Part shown: positions 8,536-17,134 of the stretch, piece after piece
Numbering within the stretch: the stretch's first letter is position 1
Layout of the letters: each line of letters begins with the position of its first letter
Source of the DNA: a virus
Virus record (IMG/VR): IMGVR_UViG_3300009514_000888
Span: 122,299 to 186,298 of that record
Direction: 5' to 3' (one strand)
Length of the DNA stretch: 64,000 bases
Notes under the pieces: generated by a model
What the model was told of the DNA's origin: nothing
The model's database searches: none
What the model saw: only the letters and a program-made list of their open reading frames with translations
Translations under genes and position numbers: made by a program

Positions 8536-11500
8536 ATGGCCATTGTCACTGATCCCGATGATCTGAATCGCTTTGCAGTAGCGGTTAATCCGGGAATAGA
8601 ACGTATATCAATTCGAGGTCTTGGTACGGCTCGCGTTGCGAAGCAAACAGACGGAGCTGTGACTTTCGGCTCAGGCGACACATGGGACGCTTTTACTGAA
8701 TTTACGGGCACTGCGGACTTCGCCTCTGTTGTGGCTGGTGATATACTGACTATCGTGAAGGGCAATAATATCGGGCATTATATCGTATCGTCCGCCCCAA
8801 CTACTTCTCGAATCATTATCGACTCAGCCATTTCAACTTTTAATGGCTTTGACAATCTGGTGACCAATGGTAATTTTGCCTCTGGCGCAAACTGGACTGT
8901 TGATACAAACTGGGCCATCGGTAGCGGCACGCTGAACTCTACTGCCGCCACAACCGCGCAGAGGGCTTACCAGACTTTGACCGATAACCCCCTGGCTAAC
9001 TCCACGGTCTATGAAACAACCTTTGAAATTACCGCCTATACCGGAGGAACAGTCAATATAGACTTGGGAGGCGCTGGCGGCGCAGGTGGTGGCACGGACG
9101 GTGCTGGACGCACTGGCACTGGCGTGTTCACTGAAAGACTTACCTCTCCTGGATCGACTGGGCAACAGGTGACGTTCGAAAATAGCGTTGCTTCAACTCT
9201 CAGTATTGACCATGTTCATGTTTCTGAGTTGGTGACTTACCGCGTTGACCAGGCAACCGGCGAAGCCGCCGGTCCCTCTGGCGGCACGGTCGGCGATGGC
9301 GTTACTCTCCAGGCGGTCTATTCGTTTCTTAAAGAAGAATGGCGAACCTTCGATACGTCCCTGTTCGGAACAACAGGTGCAGATGAAGCTCCTGACTTGA
9401 TCAAGTTTACGTTCCCAATCGAATCTATCACGCGCGAACAGTTCGAAATCGGTGGACCTACCCACTCGAATTGGGACTTCGCAGATAATACGACACGAAA
9501 CCTGATCCGAACCGGAGGATGGTCATCCATTAATGTCAATAACGTCATTGTGGATGTCTACCCTGGCGTTATTACCCTCGGTAGTCTCGACTCCGATACT
9601 GTTGTTTACTTCATCCAAGCCAATAACTTCACGACGACGCCGACTGACTTCGTTTTGACAGGTGCCGTCAACCAGTCAGTTAACGCCTTGACGGTTACTG
9701 GCGGATTCGCCACAACCAATGTTAGCACCACAAATAAAGTTCCCACAGGACAGGTGACTGGCAATATCGTCTTTACAGCCACCGACACCATCGACGGCGG
9801 CGCTTCTGTCAACTTCGTAACCCTGGGTTATGCCGTAGGTGATAAGGTTCAAATCGTTGCCGCAGAAGATGCTGGTAATATCGGAATATTTACCATTGTG
9901 ACCATTGTCGATAATGCTGGCACCAACGACAGAATGACCGTATCTGGCGTAAGCATTACTTCCAATACCGACGATGACACTGCCCTTCTGAGTCCTGTTA
10001 CCGATAACCGCGACTTCCTGAAACTTTTCGCGAGGAAGAAGGCCAGAACGTATGTTGACGCTGACCTGACGGATATCGGTGTTACGCAGCTCGAATCAAT
10101 CGTTAACCGATTCCCGCTATCTCACGTTACTGACCCTGCGATTACGCTCGATGACGGGCAACTCGCCGGTGACCCCAGTAACTCCGTTTTCGCGTCCGTT
10201 GAAGTCGTCGATTCGTCAGGCACGAACGGCGATATGACTGCTTCAGTTCCCGCTGACGGAACATTCGCTTTTACTGCCGCTGCCCAGAACTTTAATACAG
10301 ACCTGAACGTCGGCGATACGGTTTCGGTCGAAACTGAAGGCACTGGTGGTTCAACCGCAGATATTGGCTTCTATGAAATTTTGTCTGTTGACGGCGCAAC
10401 CAGCTTGACATGCTTTAACGAACCGCTGGTCGGGTCGGTGACTGATCCGTCCTCTGCTGATGTTACTTTCTCAACCTATACAAGATATCGCAAACAACAG
10501 GCAACAGATGGCGTTCTTTCAGACCCAACGGGAGCAGATAATGAAGGACGATTGACCTCCGCTGGCGGAACCTTTACCACAGATGGCGGCATCGGCGACC
10601 GCATTGTTGTCGCTGGCGACATGGTCGTCATGACAGATGGATTTCTGATTGGTCCGTTTACTGGAGCTAACGGGTTAATTTTCTCGGGTGCCACAATCGA
10701 GGAAATTGGTAATAACGATTTTACCGCAGATGGGCTGATCGTCGGCGACCGTATTACAATCGCTTCTGCCGAAGATGCTGCAAACAATGGAACTTATGAT
10801 ATCATAGCTATCGCAACCACCTCCTTCGACATCCTGACTGTTCGAAATACGGATGGCACAGCGGTATCGTTTACCGGCAATACCGATGATGAAACCGCGA
10901 CCATTCGAAGCGATAACTGGGAAGGCGTTTACAAGGTCGCAACAGGCGGCGTCGCCGCTACCACGCTGGACGTTGAACTGAATGATCCAGATGACCACTT
11001 CCCGACTTCTGGCACAGCCACGTCGATTACGTTCCACGTTTTGCGACCGACCATGATTCTGCAATATCGAAGTAAATTTGCCGCTCCAAGAGGACCAACC
11101 CTTAGCTTAGCCTATTCAGGCGCAACGATTCGAAGAACGGCGGACATCCCGTTTGCTTGGTCGGAAGATAACTATGTTGTTGGCGGAACAGTTGTGACGG
11201 CTAGCTCCGAAGATGGCGGCGTTAATAATGGTACATTTATTATTACTGCCCTGTCGAACGGCGGACAACCTGATGATACCGTTACCTTGATTAACACAGA
11301 CGGTACGACTCCATCGTTTACTGCAAATACTGACGATGATAGCGTTACCATTACTGGTAACAGCGGTCACGTTCGAGCCATGAACGGCGTCAACTATTCG
11401 TTCAACTGGCGTTTGTTTGGTAATAGCGGAACGCTTGCTCAATGCTTCCAATGGATTCAGAGACAGCTGCGTCGCGGTCGAGCCTCGGAAACTCTGGCTC

Positions 11501-12066
11501 AGTCAGACATCGATACCAGCCAGTTGCAGTTCAGGGGCGATATCTCTGACCTTCTGATGACGTTCTCCTCGCCTACAGGCACGACAATCAATATGTTCAT
11601 TGATGACCTTGCCGCTGCTGACTTTAACAACGTTACCAAGTCTGACATCACTGGCACAGGCCGTAACTTTGCGTTCATCGCTGGTATTACCATCAACTTG
11701 AACACGAATATTACGGACGGCGCAACTAACAAAATCGTTGTATTCTTTACGGACCCAGATGGAAATGCCACGACGCCTGTTGGGGGTAATGAATTCGGAA
11801 CAGTTGGCGCAATTATCGTCCAAGACGATACCCCGGCCAATATGGAGGCAAGCGACCAGGCAACCACACCTCTGACTTTCAACTTCGACTATGATAACAA
11901 TGTTCAGGGCGGACGCGATTCCACCGAATCTGCAACGCCAATTACTATCGTTGCTATTACGACAGATACAGGGCAGTATGTCCAGACAACAGGCAATATC
12001 CTGCGACAATCATCTAATATTTTCTCACTAGTAGCTGCGCTGGAGCGCAACTATCAGAACAATTGA
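8536..12066 (+). CDS. Large virion structural/fibre-like protein (1176 aa)
   Basis: T/G/D/S-rich beta-type composition; MAIVTDPDDLN start and GVTLQAVYSFLKEEW...LIRTGGW block that I recall from uncultured-phage structural proteins; CBM-like NLVTNGNF segment; repeated xGDxxxIxxAEDxxNNGxF/YxI modules. Confidence 0.7.
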   Translation: MAIVTDPDDLNRFAVAVNPGIERISIRGLGTARVAKQTDGAVTFGSGDTWDAFTEFTGTADFASVVAGDILTIVKGNNIGHYIVSSAPTTSRIIIDSAISTFNGFDNLVTNGNFASGANWTVDTNWAIGSGTLNSTAATTAQRAYQTLTDNPLANSTVYETTFEITAYTGGTVNIDLGGAGGAGGGTDGAGRTGTGVFTERLTSPGSTGQQVTFENSVASTLSIDHVHVSELVTYRVDQATGEAAGPSGGTVGDGVTLQAVYSFLKEEWRTFDTSLFGTTGADEAPDLIKFTFPIESITREQFEIGGPTHSNWDFADNTTRNLIRTGGWSSINVNNVIVDVYPGVITLGSLDSDTVVYFIQANNFTTTPTDFVLTGAVNQSVNALTVTGGFATTNVSTTNKVPTGQVTGNIVFTATDTIDGGASVNFVTLGYAVGDKVQIVAAEDAGNIGIFTIVTIVDNAGTNDRMTVSGVSITSNTDDDTALLSPVTDNRDFLKLFARKKARTYVDADLTDIGVTQLESIVNRFPLSHVTDPAITLDDGQLAGDPSNSVFASVEVVDSSGTNGDMTASVPADGTFAFTAAAQNFNTDLNVGDTVSVETEGTGGSTADIGFYEILSVDGATSLTCFNEPLVGSVTDPSSADVTFSTYTRYRKQQATDGVLSDPTGADNEGRLTSAGGTFTTDGGIGDRIVVAGDMVVMTDGFLIGPFTGANGLIFSGATIEEIGNNDFTADGLIVGDRITIASAEDAANNGTYDIIAIATTSFDILTVRNTDGTAVSFTGNTDDETATIRSDNWEGVYKVATGGVAATTLDVELNDPDDHFPTSGTATSITFHVLRPTMILQYRSKFAAPRGPTLSLAYSGATIRRTADIPFAWSEDNYVVGGTVVTASSEDGGVNNGTFIITALSNGGQPDDTVTLINTDGTTPSFTANTDDDSVTITGNSGHVRAMNGVNYSFNWRLFGNSGTLAQCFQWIQRQLRRGRASETLAQSDIDTSQLQFRGDISDLLMTFSSPTGTTINMFIDDLAAADFNNVTKSDITGTGRNFAFIAGITINLNTNITDGATNKIVVFFTDPDGNATTPVGGNEFGTVGAIIVQDDTPANMEASDQATTPLTFNFDYDNNVQGGRDSTESATPITIVAITTDTGQYVQTTGNILRQSSNIFSLVAALERNYQNN

Positions 12067-12072
12067 TACAAT

Positions 12073-12104
12073 AAGGACTTACGTATATTTATTACTTTCG
12101 TCCT
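12073..12104 (+). repeat. AAGGACTTACGT motif with AGGAC/GTCCT stem, copy 1
   Basis: 12-nt identity with 23628-23639; both lie just after a structural gene stop and can form a stem. Confidence 0.45.
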
Positions 12105-12114
12105 CAAAAATAAT

Positions 12115-12157
12115 AAAAAAGAACTCCGATACATGCGTATTGGAGTTCTTTTTTTTT
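12115..12157 (+). terminator. Intrinsic (probably bidirectional) terminator
   Basis: AAAAAAGAACTCC-GATAC-ATGC-GTATT-GGAGTTCTTTTTTTTT: long stem followed by a T-run and preceded by an A-run. Confidence 0.85.
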
Positions 12158-12224
12158 CCTTAGGCAGCATCGTGGACTACGTTGAAGATCACAAAATCTC
12201 TTGAAAGCATGTGAAGGCCTTAGC

Positions 12225-13484
12225 ATGACAGACGTTATTCAGTCAGAAATCAAAAAGCTAGAGACAGCGATAGAGTCCCTGGAGACTGACTGGGAGGCCC
12301 ATAGCAATCTGGGGGTTTTGCGGTATATGACTGGCGACCACAATGCCGCCTTGAAGCATTTTCTTCGCGCGACAGAGATAAACCCCCAGAGTGCCTTCGT
12401 GTGGCATAATCTGGCGAAATGGCACGATGGACGGAACGAGATGAACGAAGCCATCACGTGCTATTCTAAGGCTCTGGAGGCGGACCCTGCGTACCATTCT
12501 TCCCGTTTCAATCTGGCTTGCGATTATCTCAAGGCTGGGCGACTCAAGAAGGGTTGGGAGTGTTACGAGTCACGTTGGGCATTGTTCCCTGATGCTCATA
12601 CGATTCGTAATTTATTCAAGCATATTCCCGAATGGGCCAATCAGGACTTGCATGGCAAAACTATTGTGTTGTATTGTGAGCAGGGCATCGGGGACATGAT
12701 CATGTATGTTCGGTTTGCGAAGCATCTAAAAGAGATGGGTGCCACAGTTGTCGTTGATATTAAGGGCATTAATGATGTATCCCCCAAGGGCAGTATGAAG
12801 CATTTGTTGGAGGCGATGGAATTTATCGACCATGTGACGCCATTTGAAGATGATGACGAGGGAACGATTGGATGTCATTACCAGCAATCGGTTTGCAGTT
12901 TGCCTTATATTTTGGGGTTAGAAAAGATTGATTGGGATGGGGCTTACATAGAGCCTGTTGAGCTTATTGAGTTGTATGTGGATATTATGGAAGCTCAACA
13001 TAAGGACTTTTACAATATTGGCATTGTTTGGTCTGGCAATATGACATGTGGCAAGAACCCAGATCGTTCGGCATTGTTGAGGTTCTTTAATCCTGTTGGG
13101 GCATTGCCGAATGTGAGGATGCACAGCTTTCAGGATATGTTCCAGTATCCGAAGGATCACCCATTTCGCTCTGATATGAAGGTGGGAACTCATTTTCCGT
13201 TGGTTCATTGGGATAGTTTGATTGCTACGCTTAATGATACTGCCAATTTAATGCATAAGATGGATGCGATAGTAACTGTTGATACAGCATTGGCTAATTT
13301 GGCTGGGGCGATGGATCATCCTAATGCTTATGTAGCCCTGGGATATAACGCGGATTGGCGATGGGAGACGGGGGATAGCACTCAGTGGTATCCTAATTTG
13401 AAGCTGTATAGGCAGGATGCGGATAAGGATTGGACCCCTGTTTTTGAGAGGATTGCTGCGGATTTAGGGGCTAGTATGACTTAA
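12225..13484 (+). CDS. TPR-repeat GT9-like glycosyltransferase
   Basis: N-terminal TPRs (AHSNLGVLRY...; VWHNLAKW...A ITCYSKALEADP), then LYCEQGIGDMIMYVRF, IGIVWSGN, MDAIVTVDTALANLAGAM, DWRW; probable start ATG 12225. Confidence 0.85.
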   Translation: MTDVIQSEIKKLETAIESLETDWEAHSNLGVLRYMTGDHNAALKHFLRATEINPQSAFVWHNLAKWHDGRNEMNEAITCYSKALEADPAYHSSRFNLACDYLKAGRLKKGWECYESRWALFPDAHTIRNLFKHIPEWANQDLHGKTIVLYCEQGIGDMIMYVRFAKHLKEMGATVVVDIKGINDVSPKGSMKHLLEAMEFIDHVTPFEDDDEGTIGCHYQQSVCSLPYILGLEKIDWDGAYIEPVELIELYVDIMEAQHKDFYNIGIVWSGNMTCGKNPDRSALLRFFNPVGALPNVRMHSFQDMFQYPKDHPFRSDMKVGTHFPLVHWDSLIATLNDTANLMHKMDAIVTVDTALANLAGAMDHPNAYVALGYNADWRWETGDSTQWYPNLKLYRQDADKDWTPVFERIAADLGASMT

Positions 13485-14026
13485 TGTATGTCAGCGAATA
13501 CTTCATAGCTTTGGCTATCCCCAAATGTGCATCGAGGACTATGCGGGAGTGGAATGAGCTATATGGGGGAAGTATTGATTTTGGCATGCATGGTATGTCA
13601 TCTGATGCAGGGGATTATGAGGGGAAGATAGTATTTTCGCCTGTCAGGAATCCATATTCGAGGGCGATATCCCTTTGGAAGCATGTCAAGAAGTTGTATC
13701 GATATTCTGATTCCATTGATGTTTTGATGGAGGAATTTATGGGCGTAAAGGACATGGTACTTAAGGATGTCTTTCGTTATTCTCAGATTGGATTTCTGAG
13801 AAGTTTTAATTTTCCATTTGATAAAGTTGAGGTCACATACATTCACATGGAAAATTTCGAAGAGGAGCTAAAGGCATTGCCCTTTTTCTTTCATCCTTTA
13901 TCAAAAGAGGGAGCGTCTCATTCTAATTCCTGGGAAGAGGTTAAGAGCTTAAGCAGAGGTTCTCTCGATTTGATCAATGAATGGGCTAGCAAGGACTTTG
14001 ATGTTCTCTCTTATGACAGATTGTAA
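13484..14026 (+). CDS. Sulfotransferase family 2-like protein
   Basis: AIPKCASRTM (5'-PSB), VRNPYSRAISLW (3'-PB), YIHMENFEEEL, WASKDFDVLSY. Confidence 0.75.
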   Translation: MYVSEYFIALAIPKCASRTMREWNELYGGSIDFGMHGMSSDAGDYEGKIVFSPVRNPYSRAISLWKHVKKLYRYSDSIDVLMEEFMGVKDMVLKDVFRYSQIGFLRSFNFPFDKVEVTYIHMENFEEELKALPFFFHPLSKEGASHSNSWEEVKSLSRGSLDLINEWASKDFDVLSYDRL

Positions 14027-14029
14027 ACT

Positions 14030-14446
14030 ATGAGTATAGCCATTATTGTACATGACCCCTTGGATGATTCTGTATCTATGCATGGAGATATGTGGGCTGA
14101 TATCATTGCTGCTTTTGATATTCCACATGTTTATAAGGTCGGAGGGGATCGGGTCAGTCCGTTTGTCCCATATGGACCAGAGCACATCATCCCGTCTAAG
14201 ACGGTTTGTGTCATGACTCCTGCTGAGGCTTTGGCAGCAAATGTTGAATCTGTCAAACTGCAAGCATATATACATCCTGATGAATGTACTTATGTATTTG
14301 GTCCAGATACCGATCAACGCGGCTGGCAGCATGGTTTTGCTGGACCAGATGTTGATTATGTTTCGGTGATTACGCCGAGTGCGACAGAGTTGTATGCATT
14401 TAATGCTGCCGCTTTTATTCTTGGAAATCGTTTTAGGATTTGGTAA
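14030..14446 (+). CDS. Possible SPOUT-fold methyltransferase-like protein
   Basis: YVFGPD followed by VSVITP...LYAFNAAAFILGNR resembles SPOUT knot motifs 2 and 3 (FGPE; IP...LN...A..LYDR). Confidence 0.4.
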   Translation: MSIAIIVHDPLDDSVSMHGDMWADIIAAFDIPHVYKVGGDRVSPFVPYGPEHIIPSKTVCVMTPAEALAANVESVKLQAYIHPDECTYVFGPDTDQRGWQHGFAGPDVDYVSVITPSATELYAFNAAAFILGNRFRIW

Positions 14447-17131
14447 ATGGCTGTAACTGACCTTAGAACTTTGATTGATGATGGTACTGACAACACCAAC
14501 TGGACCGATGTGGCCGGGTCTGCTTCTGGCACCAACAATAGTGAGGTGTTCCCTCCGGGTGCCTCAGCTTCTGTAACAGACAAAGTATCAAAAACTGTTG
14601 ATGGTCTTTTGTATGATACTGGAGGAACAGGTAACTTCGCTGCTGGTGATCACCTTTACCTTTGGTATTCATACCTGTTTGGTGCTCTTGACACAATTGC
14701 GGGTGGAGGAATTCGCATTAGAGTGGCTGGTGCCACAATCACAAACTGGGCTGAAGTCTATGTTGATGGCAATGACTCTGGCAAGTCTGGCTGGCAGCTT
14801 GCGGTTGTTTCTCTGGATGCCATTTTGGCTAACCCTGATGGAACAAATGGTACGCCGCCAACGGCTGCAACTGTACAACGTGTTGGGGTTGTGTTTGATA
14901 TTACTGCTACTGTTGGTGGTAACAATGACAATGTTGCTGTTCAAGGTGTTTGGCGTTCGCCGTCATCGCTAACTGCTGCTTACCGTATTGACGCTGGTAC
15001 TGATGCTACACCAAATACGTGGCAAGATTTGATTGATGACTCTCTGACAAACGCTTACGGTCTGGTAGTCGAGGAGCCTAATGGCGCTATTACTTTGCGC
15101 GCGCCAATTGTTTTTGGACCTGACCCTGGGGGCGGCAGCCCTAATGCAGTATCGACATTTGTGGATACTGGCAAAGTTTTGGCTTGGGACTTGTCAACAG
15201 GTCTTATTGAACCTGATTTTTACAAATTAACTGTAGAAGCTGGCACGGGGGATGTTCGGGTGACTGCGGGGACAAAACTGGGTTCTGGCGAAACTGCTGT
15301 TGGTGTTAGCGGCTGGACCATCATTAGTGGCGGCCCGAGATGGCGTCTGGACTTTGAGGATGCCGATCAAGATGACATTCAATTCTATGGATGTTCATTC
15401 TTTGGATCAGGTCCATTGTCTATTAATGATGCTGCCGTTGAAATTATATCATGCGTATTTTCTGATTGTGACTTTATTACCATGACTGGCGGTGCTACTG
15501 GACCCACATTGCTATCCAACTTCTTTTCTGGTGCGCCAGGGCCAAATGCTCAGGTAGTATTTACTAGCGGCGTTACTCCATCGGACGGGCAGTTTGACTT
15601 TAATACGTTTGTCAATATGAGTTGGTTTGCTATAGAGATTCCATCAGCTACTACTCAATTTGATTTGCGAGGCATAATCTTCTCTGGTAACGGAACTAAT
15701 CGAGATGTGCTGTTATCGCATACTACAGGCGATATCCAGCTTAATGTTCTCGAAGATGGCGATACTCCTGGGGTCACAAACGGCGCAACTATTACTGTCA
15801 CAATGACTGGTGCTTGTGACGTTATTGCCGTTGCTGCTGGGACCTGGTATGAAGCATTGGGGACGGAGACGAATGACTTAGGAAGTGCGACTGGAACGCT
15901 AGTTACTCAAACAACTGCTTCTCTTGCGGCAGATGATGATACGTTTGCATTGGCTGCTGTAAGCCCTCCGACTAAGAGCGGTGGAAATGTCTCTACTCTC
16001 GCCTATACTGGAACAGCGGACGATTATAGCGATAGTCATTTTCTTGAGATTCCATCGCACGGCGGCGGCATGAGCTTGAGGCAAGGTGCTGATGAAATAA
16101 CATTCGCTGCCGATACTCGTACTGGGTTTCCCGTAGCATCTCATACTGAGTCGGAATCTGTTCAAGGTATTGTGCATGTAGATGCTGCGGTTGGTTCAAC
16201 GCCTGTAGTTTCTTTGGACGCTACAAATGACGCGCTTGGTGTTCGAGAAATGCGTCCGTGGCAAACCGTACAAGACTCGTCAACGTTGACGTTTAGCTAT
16301 GGCGCTGGCACTTCTACTAATAATGCAAGATTTCTTTATGTAGCTGTTGTGGCTTTGGACGGAGTAGCTGCTAATACTTTGGTATCTGGTATTGTTTTGA
16401 ACAGAAGCGGCGGAACAACCGCTTTGTCAGCACGAACTACGACGTTCCCTGTTCAAGATGATAATGTCGGCTCTACTGGCAAGTCATTAGAATTGCATGT
16501 CTTTGACTATGATGTGGATACTGCTGGTCAAGATTTGGATCAAGGCACATATGACGTTAACAATAATGTCAACGTAACGATTACTGTTTTTGATTCCAAT
16601 GGCGACGCTGCTCCTGGGGTATTGGTTGCTGTTTATCAAGATAATACTGCTCGCACGACGGTTATATCTTCTACGAGTTCCGATGAGAATGGACAGGTTG
16701 CCGGGTCTGCGGCATCTGGTTTGGGCGCGATTATTATCAGGGTCAGGCAGAATACAAACATAGCTAGTTTTAATACCACGTCTGGTGTCAATGATACCAC
16801 CGAAACGATTACGACGGCTGCGAATCATCATTTCCAGGATGGAGATGCCATTACCTATGACAAAGACGGAGGGACCGCGGCCATCGGATTGACGGATGGG
16901 ACGGTTTACTTTGCTGGCAATGTCACAGCTGGTACCCTGCAAGTATATGATACGGCGGCTAATGCCATCGCAGGCGGCGCAGGCGGTAGGCAGGACTTAA
17001 CGGGAGCTGGTAGCGAGACTCACCTGTTCGATCCCAAGAGGTTTATTAATTCAAGCTCGAAGGGAACAATCGGAGCAGGTAATTTCGAGGCTCAGATTTC
17101 ATTGGTTGAGGACATTATCGCTACAGGATAA
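14447..17131 (+). CDS. Virion fibre/adhesin-like protein (894 aa)
   Basis: T/G/A/D/S-rich; beta-helix-like segment (CSFFGSG...CVFSDC); ~89-aa module shared with next gene. Confidence 0.65.
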   Translation: MAVTDLRTLIDDGTDNTNWTDVAGSASGTNNSEVFPPGASASVTDKVSKTVDGLLYDTGGTGNFAAGDHLYLWYSYLFGALDTIAGGGIRIRVAGATITNWAEVYVDGNDSGKSGWQLAVVSLDAILANPDGTNGTPPTAATVQRVGVVFDITATVGGNNDNVAVQGVWRSPSSLTAAYRIDAGTDATPNTWQDLIDDSLTNAYGLVVEEPNGAITLRAPIVFGPDPGGGSPNAVSTFVDTGKVLAWDLSTGLIEPDFYKLTVEAGTGDVRVTAGTKLGSGETAVGVSGWTIISGGPRWRLDFEDADQDDIQFYGCSFFGSGPLSINDAAVEIISCVFSDCDFITMTGGATGPTLLSNFFSGAPGPNAQVVFTSGVTPSDGQFDFNTFVNMSWFAIEIPSATTQFDLRGIIFSGNGTNRDVLLSHTTGDIQLNVLEDGDTPGVTNGATITVTMTGACDVIAVAAGTWYEALGTETNDLGSATGTLVTQTTASLAADDDTFALAAVSPPTKSGGNVSTLAYTGTADDYSDSHFLEIPSHGGGMSLRQGADEITFAADTRTGFPVASHTESESVQGIVHVDAAVGSTPVVSLDATNDALGVREMRPWQTVQDSSTLTFSYGAGTSTNNARFLYVAVVALDGVAANTLVSGIVLNRSGGTTALSARTTTFPVQDDNVGSTGKSLELHVFDYDVDTAGQDLDQGTYDVNNNVNVTITVFDSNGDAAPGVLVAVYQDNTARTTVISSTSSDENGQVAGSAASGLGAIIIRVRQNTNIASFNTTSGVNDTTETITTAANHHFQDGDAITYDKDGGTAAIGLTDGTVYFAGNVTAGTLQVYDTAANAIAGGAGGRQDLTGAGSETHLFDPKRFINSSSKGTIGAGNFEAQISLVEDIIATG

Positions 17132-17134
17132 TCA

